From IMG/VR virus record IMGVR_UViG_3300043220_000093, positions 1 to 53,093 of that record: a DNA stretch of 53,093 bases; one strand, given 5' to 3'. The DNA comes from a virus. Taxonomy: Duplodnaviria; Caudoviricetes. The notes below the pieces were generated by a model. It was not told the origin of the DNA. It worked only from the letters and a program-made list of their open reading frames with translations, and made no database searches. Made by a program: the position numbers and the translations under genes. Of this stretch, positions 45,895-53,093 are shown in pieces; within the stretch, counting starts at the first letter, position 1, and each line of letters opens with the position of its first letter.

Positions 45895-47342
45895 CAACCA
45901 ACTCTCAGGCCCCGATGCCAACAGCTGGTGGCTTCGAAACTATCTGCAATAGCCGGATAACTCTTAACCAAGAACTGAATCCAATCATCAGTTTCTGCAA
46001 GTTGTTTTGTGGTAACAAGACCATTGTATTGGTCACCCGCTGTATTGGTATAAGGAAATTTACCAAGTCCCTGAATAGGATCGAGATCCCAAAGGTAAAC
46101 AACCTCTGGCCAGTAATCACCAGTCTTCTGAAAAGGAACATCATTTCGCATGTGTACCGGAACATCGTTCCCGGGAGTGGTGCTTGTAAGATAACCATAA
46201 GTAGTTGTCACAAGATTTCCATCCGTAGGGGCACCAAGCGAATCATAAGTAAACGCCGAGAATATCTTGTTCAGTGTAAGTGAACCTGACACTGTTCCAA
46301 GATAAACCTTGTATCCAAGAGCAGAACTAACACCCCCGGTTGTATGGGCAGCATCAAGACTAATTCTGATTCTCTGAGTAGCACCACCAGCATTAAGGAC
46401 AACCGATTGCTCATCATCAGCTTCCTGTTCTCCCTCATAAGTGATAGGTGCAACTCTTACATAATAAGTATCATCAGATAATCCTCCGGCACCAGTTGAC
46501 TCCTGCGCAAGAGTAACAGTAGAAGTCAACTGCTCAATCGGTGATGTTGCAGTTGTCTCAATTATCGGAATATCTCGATAAGCATTGAGTCTCCAGCCTC
46601 CACCAATTTCAACCTGCGACATACCACCGGCACTTAAGCCCTGGTTTAATCGAACGTTGGTGAGCAGATTAGAAACCTTTGAAAGCATCTCCGGAGACAT
46701 TCCAAAAGCTCTACGATGACGCGCCCCGCCTTTCCTGTTTGATTTATCAATCATATTGTCCAGGAATGTTAAATCAGTCGGTACCACACCACCGAGAACC
46801 TCGTTTGTCCGGTTGGTAGAAATAAAGAAATCCAACCCGGAAAACTCAATATCCGGCTGTGCAACAGTCGAGTTCTGAAGAGTCCAGGTATTTTTATTAC
46901 CATACAGAATATAGTAAATTAAATCCAGGACATGAGCCTGTAGATGGTTTTCCATTTCATAGGCAGCCGCATCAATGTATTCCTCAGAAGTATCAGAAAG
47001 AAAGTTTGTAACCTGGCCCTTTCTTCGAACAATCTTAAGGTCCACACTTGCCCTGGTTGTTGCTGACTGGCTAACAGGAGTTGTTGCTGCTTCTCCCATA
47101 CCACCACCGCGTGCCGGCCGTGCTGTGATGCGATTAAACTTATGCACATCACCGGCAATCTTTTTTGGTTCAACAAGTGCGAGCTCAGGAGACATCCTGA
47201 TTATAGTATCAGTTATCTGCTCCTCTAAATTCTCAGGTATCAAAGCACCACCGACACCGGCTGCAGAGGTTAACGCCTTTGCAATGAGATCTTTATTTTT
47301 ACTCGCATGTCTGTTAAACATTGGAATTAAATTTGTCTTCAT
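45894..47342 (-). CDS. Major capsid protein (HK97 fold) with FN3/Ig-like insertion
   Basis: KALT...GALIPENLEEQI...GE...EFSGL; insertion TYYVRV...GEQ...GYKVY; strong SD AAGGAG. Confidence 0.88.
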   Translation of the reverse strand: MKTNLIPMFNRHASKNKDLIAKALTSAAGVGGALIPENLEEQITDTIIRMSPELALVEPKKIAGDVHKFNRITARPARGGGMGEAATTPVSQSATTRASVDLKIVRRKGQVTNFLSDTSEEYIDAAAYEMENHLQAHVLDLIYYILYGNKNTWTLQNSTVAQPDIEFSGLDFFISTNRTNEVLGGVVPTDLTFLDNMIDKSNRKGGARHRRAFGMSPEMLSKVSNLLTNVRLNQGLSAGGMSQVEIGGGWRLNAYRDIPIIETTATSPIEQLTSTVTLAQESTGAGGLSDDTYYVRVAPITYEGEQEADDEQSVVLNAGGATQRIRISLDAAHTTGGVSSALGYKVYLGTVSGSLTLNKIFSAFTYDSLGAPTDGNLVTTTYGYLTSTTPGNDVPVHMRNDVPFQKTGDYWPEVVYLWDLDPIQGLGKFPYTNTAGDQYNGLVTTKQLAETDDWIQFLVKSYPAIADSFEATSCWHRGLRVG

Positions 47343-47376
47343 CTATTATACTCCTTTAGTCTTTTTACTTTACAAC

Positions 47377-48183
47377 TTAAGTTTTGTTTGCAATTGCAGC
47401 GTGAAGAAAACCCGGACTTCTCAGAGTTTTTCTTATAATACTTGAATTTGAATTCATGGAATTATCAACAGGCGCTTGAGTTTTATTACCGATAGCACTC
47501 CCGAGAACATCAGCTATTGCTTTAGCAACAACTTCGTTATTATGAGTGACAACTGGCTTCTTCTCTTCTACTGATTTAGTAATACCCATTTGCTCAGCAA
47601 TACCAGAACCCTCGATGATATGAGAAAGTGCTGTTTCAATTCCCAATACCTTTTCACTTTGTCCTTTCTGAACCTGGACCATGCCATTGATAGCATCAAC
47701 CAATTGACCAAGCTCTGTTTTAGCAACAGGCTTATCTGATTTTCCGAAATGTTCAAAAACCTTCATGAGAGTTTTGGCCACTTCATTAACACTTTCTTCA
47801 GTAAGCTCAGTCTGAGTTTCTTCAATCCTGGCTTCATTTGGATCTGATGCAGTGGCAGAATCTGATGCAGTGTTTTCAAGACCCTTATCAACTGCTGCTA
47901 CGTCTTCATCATCTTCAGCTTTCTCGATCTCATCCATTGGATAATCATCGGTTTCTTCTTTTTCCTGCTTCGCTGCTTGCATCATTGCAGCATCATCACC
48001 ACCGGCAACCGGAACGAGTAATTCACCAATTAATGATTGAATATTACCCAATATGGTTTGCTCTTCAGGTGACATCATTTTTTTAACTTCACTTGCCTTC
48101 GTTACTGCTGCAGCCTTTTCAGCTTTTTCAGCAGCCTCTTTGACCTTTAATGCTTTGAGTACTTTCTTTTCCTTGTCGTTCAT
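47377..48183 (-). CDS. Scaffolding protein
   Basis: Acidic, coiled-coil ORF between protease and MCP with repeated (V/I)xK(A/S/G/T). Confidence 0.7.
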   Translation of the reverse strand: MNDKEKKVLKALKVKEAAEKAEKAAAVTKASEVKKMMSPEEQTILGNIQSLIGELLVPVAGGDDAAMMQAAKQEKEETDDYPMDEIEKAEDDEDVAAVDKGLENTASDSATASDPNEARIEETQTELTEESVNEVAKTLMKVFEHFGKSDKPVAKTELGQLVDAINGMVQVQKGQSEKVLGIETALSHIIEGSGIAEQMGITKSVEEKKPVVTHNNEVVAKAIADVLGSAIGNKTQAPVDNSMNSNSSIIRKTLRSPGFLHAAIANKT

Positions 48184-49178
48184 CGAATCTCTCCTTTTAA
48201 GAGTGTAGAATATTTTTTTAGCTCTACAACCAGTGACTTATAAACGTCCAATCTTGAACCCTTACCAATCACTGGAGCAGTAGAACCATACGGACTTAAA
48301 ACATCCTGACCCTCATCTTCTTCCGGTAGAAAAAGAGATTCAGAATTCATTATAAGTTCAATCATAAGACTACCATGTTCACTGAATAATATTTCCAGTT
48401 TTTCTCGTTTGTTGGGATCTGTATTTTTCATCAATCTTTCAACTTCAGATTCCATTGCGTCCTGGATGTCCCATTTTTTCCGATAATATGAATCACGGAT
48501 TTCATCCTGACGGACTCTATCTCTTAAAGCTGTTTGCATGCTCTTTCGTATATTATCAACTCTCTCAGGCATCAATTCACCGAGAGCTTTATATACTGCA
48601 GTTGCAATACTATCTGCGTATGCGGGCCTATTTACCAACAGAACACCGTCGAGCTGGACATCATTGATAACACGTTTTCCGATATTACCAGCTGCATCAG
48701 CTTCAAACGAAAGCAACTCATCATCAGGAATATACCCTTCAATCGAAAATCCCTTTTGTCTTGGTTTTTGGTAAGGAGGAAGGCCGTTTATTTGCTTCCA
48801 AAGAGTATTGATTGTTTCAGCTTTATTTGTTCCGATACCATCACTTTCATCATAAAGCCTGTACTCAGTGAACCAATCATGAGTTGGTGTTAATTCTGCT
48901 TTTTCGAGAATACCTATATCTTCACTTGGTTTGATTCCATGGAGGTCCGGATATAAAAGAACGTCTCCACTATTGGCCTGTTCCATAAATGACTTGATAC
49001 ATTTATCTGTCATTCTTTCCTGGTGTTGATCAAGCTTCAGCCCGGATGATATACCGGTAACATAACGCCGCTGTTTTCCGGAGCTATCTGCTTTCTCGAC
49101 TGTATGATTTTTTTGATCGAATTGATAAGGATGGAAGTGGAAAGATATTTTAGTTTTGTTGACCTGATCAGTTCTCAT
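48180..49178 (-). CDS. Prohead protease
   Basis: GISS...DQHQE...H...IG...GFSIEG...LV.RPA. Confidence 0.85.
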   Translation of the reverse strand: MRTDQVNKTKISFHFHPYQFDQKNHTVEKADSSGKQRRYVTGISSGLKLDQHQERMTDKCIKSFMEQANSGDVLLYPDLHGIKPSEDIGILEKAELTPTHDWFTEYRLYDESDGIGTNKAETINTLWKQINGLPPYQKPRQKGFSIEGYIPDDELLSFEADAAGNIGKRVINDVQLDGVLLVNRPAYADSIATAVYKALGELMPERVDNIRKSMQTALRDRVRQDEIRDSYYRKKWDIQDAMESEVERLMKNTDPNKREKLEILFSEHGSLMIELIMNSESLFLPEEDEGQDVLSPYGSTAPVIGKGSRLDVYKSLVVELKKYSTLLKGEIR

Positions 49179-49236
49179 ATAATTTCCTTTAGAGAACCAG
49201 GCCATTTCAGTTTGTGTAGGTAATCTGGTTTTTATG

Positions 49237-49428
49237 TTAGATGTTTACTTCTGTAATGCTAATCTTTACTTGATTGATATCATTCTTAACATTTATTTGA
49301 ATCTGTATTGGGCCGGTATAAGACCTTGATAAATTAACGGCTGATTTTTTAATATCATCAATATAGTCATGCTTTTCAGAATTGTCAATTGTTTTTTTAG
49401 CGCGCCCATCGATATTAGTATTTCTCAT
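49237..49428 (-). CDS. Hypothetical protein
   Basis: ATGA-coupled start MRNTN. Confidence 0.5.
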   Translation of the reverse strand: MRNTNIDGRAKKTIDNSEKHDYIDDIKKSAVNLSRSYTGPIQIQINVKNDINQVKISITEVNI

Positions 49429-50264
49429 TTCTTTTTCCTTGTTTTTTTCCATCTTACAACATACTCCTCTTCACACGAACAGCTTACTGTTTGGTCTGCA
49501 GGGGCATCAGGATCATGAGGATGAAGCATATTATCGGAACCAGCCCTAACCCAACGTCCACCAACCTTTTTATAAGATGGGACATTATAAAAACTATTAA
49601 GAGGTATAGGTTTTCTCTTTGCTACAATACCGTGCCCTATCCTGGGAACCTTTGACAAATGCCTATTCTGTATCCAGTTTTTATGGACTATCAAATCAGG
49701 ATTGTCATCAAGCATCTTTGCCATATACTGGCTTTTAATAGTATTGATTGATGATCTCATTTCCGTAACAGCAATTGAATGTATATTTGTTGGCATACCA
49801 TACTTTGGATCTTTCTTCGTATATGATTTGAATGTACTGGAAATACTTTTCTCAAACTGACCTATCAGCTTTTCGTTTGTTGTCCCGGCCTTTGTTCCCC
49901 TTCTTCTTATAAACTTTGCTTCACCGGTCTTTGGAGTAAATTGATTAAGAGTTTTTCTTAAATCTTTTTTTAACCTGGTCCGGAGTTCATCAGTTAAAAT
50001 CTTTCCCTGCTGGGCACCCTTTCGAATAAACACTGATTGTTTAGGAAGAACATCCTTTATATCAGGAATGATAAATCTCTTTTCTTTTTTAGTTATCTTT
50101 TTTAATGCGGAGTTCCATCCGGAACGATTTATCTTGGCAACCTTGTTCGTGATAGACTGAGTATTTTCAGCAATAATAATCTTCATCAATGCCTGGTAGT
50201 TTTTACCCTCCCAGCCTTCGGTCCCATATCTCTTTGATATTCTATCAAGATGTACTTTAGCCAT
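49425..50264 (-). CDS. Head morphogenesis protein (Mu gpF/SPP1 gp7-like)
   Basis: IAVTEM...K.W...R.GH...HP.DP..P....SCSC. Confidence 0.75.
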   Translation of the reverse strand: MAKVHLDRISKRYGTEGWEGKNYQALMKIIIAENTQSITNKVAKINRSGWNSALKKITKKEKRFIIPDIKDVLPKQSVFIRKGAQQGKILTDELRTRLKKDLRKTLNQFTPKTGEAKFIRRRGTKAGTTNEKLIGQFEKSISSTFKSYTKKDPKYGMPTNIHSIAVTEMRSSINTIKSQYMAKMLDDNPDLIVHKNWIQNRHLSKVPRIGHGIVAKRKPIPLNSFYNVPSYKKVGGRWVRAGSDNMLHPHDPDAPADQTVSCSCEEEYVVRWKKTRKKK

Positions 50265-50786
50265 TTACTTATCCTGGGGAACCAGTTGTTTTGTAACTGA
50301 CCCATCACTCCACTCTATACTCTTTTTAACATCAAAAGAATCCTCATCATCAGCCCCGCCCGGAACAACCTCACTATCATCAGTCTCATCCGGTTCTCCA
50401 AGTGAGCCCTCTTCGTCAGCCCCATCACCAATTAGCTCTCCCTTCTTAAGTGACATGATATCTTTCAATATACTTTCAACAGTTTTCAATACCTCTATCT
50501 TGCTTGAGTCCCAGGACTTAATTGTTAAGCTCTTTGCAACGTCAAAACTCTTTGCAATATCATTCCCATCATTCATGCATTTAGAAAAGACATAAGAGAA
50601 AACACTGATACCAGTATCATCAATGTTTTTACAAACACTCTTCACAACCGGAATTACTTCTGACAACTCATACTCATAAGCCTTAATCATATTATCGTTT
50701 TCGGCTTTACGGATTACCAGGTTTAGATTGTTAATTACCTTATCAACATTCTCGGCTTTTTTTAAAATATATTCTTGTTTATCCAT
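50265..50786 (-). CDS. Putative prohead core/internal protein
   Basis: Start MDKQEY after GAGG; about 10 hydrophobic-x-K-(A/S/T/G) sites; acidic tail. Confidence 0.55.
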   Translation of the reverse strand: MDKQEYILKKAENVDKVINNLNLVIRKAENDNMIKAYEYELSEVIPVVKSVCKNIDDTGISVFSYVFSKCMNDGNDIAKSFDVAKSLTIKSWDSSKIEVLKTVESILKDIMSLKKGELIGDGADEEGSLGEPDETDDSEVVPGGADDEDSFDVKKSIEWSDGSVTKQLVPQDK

Positions 50787-50793
50787 GGTATCC

Positions 50794-50970
50794 TCACTTT
50801 TTGATTTCCAACTGATCTTCCCTAAACCAAATACCCCTACCACCGAGAATCTTTATAAATACATGTTGTTTTTTATCCTCATCTAACATTAAATTAGAAA
50901 CAACACCATGATCCCCAAGGACAGAAACAACAACATCATCTATTGAAAACTTAAATTTAACTTCTATCAT
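50794..50970 (-). CDS. Small SH3/KOW-like protein (58 aa)
   Basis: Manual ORF MIEVKFKFSIDDVV...G.V...WFREDQL, resembling the 1353-1574 product. Confidence 0.6.
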   Translation of the reverse strand: MIEVKFKFSIDDVVVSVLGDHGVVSNLMLDEDKKQHVFIKILGGRGIWFREDQLEIKK

Positions 50971-50977
50971 AACACCC

Positions 50978-51295
50978 TCACCTTAATTGATTTGATAATT
51001 TTAAATATACTAAGGTTCTGATTAAATTCTTCTTGGAGTGGCCCCGGAGTTCCTTTTTAAAACCACAAGGAATTACAGTATCAGCCTTATTTATCTTTGA
51101 AGCAGTCACAACTATATCAGCAATCAATTCATTTTTAGTCATGCTCTTACATTGCTTTTGGAATTCTTCAGGGGATGCATACTTTACTCTAAATATGTTT
51201 TTATTAATCCAAAGGAGATAATATTTATATTTAATCTTAACCCCGGAGGTAAAGACTTTCCATATTATTTTCCATCCATTCATATTATTATTCAA
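50978..51295 (-). CDS. Hypothetical protein
   Basis: ORF in operon. Confidence 0.5.
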   Translation of the reverse strand: MNNNMNGWKIIWKVFTSGVKIKYKYYLLWINKNIFRVKYASPEEFQKQCKSMTKNELIADIVVTASKINKADTVIPCGFKKELRGHSKKNLIRTLVYLKLSNQLR

Positions 51296-51506
51296 CCATC
51301 CATATATAATCTATTATTATTTGATTTTTAACAGAAAGTGGTATACCATCAAACCAATCACTAACAAGAGCTACATACCTTATTTTCACAGTTCCTGTTT
51401 TAGATGAAAAATCAGGCTGTTTACGTAATATATTTTTTCTAAACCATGATTTAATCTTATAGCCAAACTTCAACTTAATAGCAAACCCTTCCGGATATCC
51501 ATTCAT
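51288..51506 (-). CDS. Hypothetical protein
   Basis: ATGA-coupled ORF. Confidence 0.45.
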   Translation of the reverse strand: MNGYPEGFAIKLKFGYKIKSWFRKNILRKQPDFSSKTGTVKIRYVALVSDWFDGIPLSVKNQIIIDYIWMVE

Positions 51507-51691
51507 AAAATCTTTTCAACCTCTTTGATTATTTCATCCGGAGTCAACCCCTCTTCCAGACCTTTGGAAACTGTCTTTTGAACATCCTCTTCAATCATCT
51601 TGAAAACTGCAACCATATCAAGTTTAAAGGGACTGATTATTTTCCCGAACTCATCCTGGGATATTTTACCGAAGGTGGTTTCTTCTGCCAT
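51503..51691 (-). CDS. Hypothetical helical protein
   Basis: GLEEGLTPDEIIKEV, reminiscent of the Mu-F helical segment. Confidence 0.5.
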   Translation of the reverse strand: MAEETTFGKISQDEFGKIISPFKLDMVAVFKMIEEDVQKTVSKGLEEGLTPDEIIKEVEKIL

Positions 51692-51912
51692 TATTCATTT
51701 CTCGCTATAGAAGCATTTGCCCACATTATACACTCCTCAAGCTTTGTAATGGCAATAGATTTTTCTCTTGAATCCGGGCACATTACACCAATATTTAATG
51801 CTAAACTTTTCCCCATTGCTCTCAGTTCATTATATTTATCTGTTTGGTCACTATTTTTGGGCGGATGATAAGTAAATCTGTTTTCAATATCTTTTTCAGT
51901 CACATGTGCCAT
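51691..51912 (-). CDS. Acb2/Tad1-type helical-hairpin protein (candidate nucleotide-signal sponge)
   Basis: IENRFTYHPP...KY.ELR...LA..I...CP.SREKSIAITKLEE..MWANASIARN. Confidence 0.7.
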   Translation of the reverse strand: MAHVTEKDIENRFTYHPPKNSDQTDKYNELRAMGKSLALNIGVMCPDSREKSIAITKLEECIMWANASIARNE

Positions 51913-51931
51913 TTTATTACCGTCCTTTATA

Positions 51932-53093
51932 TTATTCTACCTGCTTTGTAAACATTGGATTTATCTCACCTTCTCCCATACCTTGGGCGCTTTCCGGTTT
52001 ATCATACTCCTCACCGAACGTACTTTTATTATACTTCTCTCGGATATCGTTCTTTGTCATTTCCCCGGTCTCAAGCATAATACGATCAAGCTCTTTTTCT
52101 TCTCTATCATTCTTCTGCTTCTCAACCTCAATTTTATAACCATAGCCATATCTGGAAGTGATGAGATCTCTTGTTACTGAATTCTCTAATTGTTTTACTA
52201 TTGGAGAAGTACCTTTTCCCTGTTCAATCTCTGATTGTGCATCTGATGTGGACCGCCCTGAAGTTCCATCACTGCCGGTAAGATTGACTTCCATATTTGA
52301 CATATTAAATACCAAGGCGACCTCTTCCCGGATATCTTTTTGCCGTTCGTTCTGGACTCCCATTGTATCAGATTTTGACAAATCAAGAACAGTTGCCTGG
52401 TTACCAGAGAATACAACAACACCTTCCTTTATTGGCTCATTGAACTTGTCCTCTATCCTTTTTTGCTCCTCAGGAGGCAGGGGAACATCGTTGTTATCAT
52501 CATCAAAGCTACCGAAGGGGTTATTATTATTAGTTACCACAACGGCCTTCTCCGGGGGTCTGGTGCCGTCTGCACGGGAAGCCATGTAATCATCAAAGAA
52601 TAGTGATTCAGCAATTTTATTAATTAAAGCCTCCAGGGGAATCATAGGTTGATTTTGTATTGATGTTGGAAGATATTCTGAATAGCTGATTTCATCAGAA
52701 TAAAATATCTGTGGTTCATAACCATAAACAGCTTGGATATACCCTTCCATACCAGAGAAATAAGGATTTTTCAATCGGTATACGCTACCACCTAAAAGAG
52801 TATCAAAGTTCTCAAGCAATCCATCGAATGATTGTTTATAAGTAGACGCCGCGCCATGAATCATTAAATCATATATCCACTTTTTGACATATGATTCCCA
52901 GGTAACACCCTGGTTTGGTTCAATCAACCATTCCTTTATTTGCTCCCCTTTTATTGTATCGGTATTTTTTATTGATTTTTTCCAACGGAGGAGGGCAGAA
53001 TTAAAATTACTAAGATCCGGAAGCAACGAAATAAGTTCTTTCTTGAGCTCTTGGTAAATCTTTGCTCTTACCGTTAAATGCCTCAAGTCCTCT
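51932..53093 (-). CDS. Portal protein, C-terminal part
   Basis: L..PN...TW......DL..HG, PLEAL, E.ALVFN...E.N, G.MT.ND.R. Confidence 0.9.
   Translation of the reverse strand, partial: EDLRHLTVRAKIYQELKKELISLLPDLSNFNSALLRWKKSIKNTDTIKGEQIKEWLIEPNQGVTWESYVKKWIYDLMIHGAASTYKQSFDGLLENFDTLLGGSVYRLKNPYFSGMEGYIQAVYGYEPQIFYSDEISYSEYLPTSIQNQPMIPLEALINKIAESLFFDDYMASRADGTRPPEKAVVVTNNNNPFGSFDDDNNDVPLPPEEQKRIEDKFNEPIKEGVVVFSGNQATVLDLSKSDTMGVQNERQKDIREEVALVFNMSNMEVNLTGSDGTSGRSTSDAQSEIEQGKGTSPIVKQLENSVTRDLITSRYGYGYKIEVEKQKNDREEKELDRIMLETGEMTKNDIREKYNKSTFGEEYDKPESAQGMGEGEINPMFTKQVE

Noticed and set aside
623-52589. The many plus-strand ORFs in the track (e.g. 786-1253, 33589-34278, 40757-41284)
   Set aside because: They are antisense to well-supported minus-strand genes and show no recognisable motifs or SDs
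1-53093. Stop-codon reassignment
   Set aside because: Core genes are full length in code 11, and TGA, TAA and TAG all end genes at normal overlaps

Overview
This window is a densely coding, AT-rich (~35% GC by eye) tailed-phage genome with essentially every gene on the minus strand. It looks complete and circular or circularly permuted: the portal ORF runs off base 1 and continues in frame at base 53093. In transcription order it carries a head module (portal, Mu-F-like protein, prohead protease, scaffold, 482-aa MCP), neck and fibre genes, a contractile (myovirus) tail and baseplate, a 7-blade beta-propeller receptor-binding protein and an M15 endolysin. Early recombination/replication genes follow (PD-(D/E)xK exonuclease, Gp3-like protein, replisome organiser, DnaB, RecU-like resolvase), then DNA modification and possible counter-defence genes (C5 MTase, RadC/JAB, MazG-like, Rnl2-like ligase, ParB-adenine MTase), GpA-type terminases and an accessory cluster that includes a J-domain protein. 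I recognised no integrase, repressor, DNA polymerase, tRNA or CRISPR array. Highlights: (1) a two-subunit C5 methyltransferase whose second subunit (motif IX plus 7 PTP repeat modules) is encoded entirely inside the first in another frame; (2) a promoter-proximal kissing-loop/terminator RNA element in front of the replication initiator; (3) an Acb2/Tad1-like hairpin protein directly after portal; (4) a RadC-MazG-RNA ligase operon driven by a copy of the main early promoter; (5) a clear -1 tail-chaperone frameshift; (6) strong CCGG over-representation. All protein calls come from motif recognition by eye, not from database searches.
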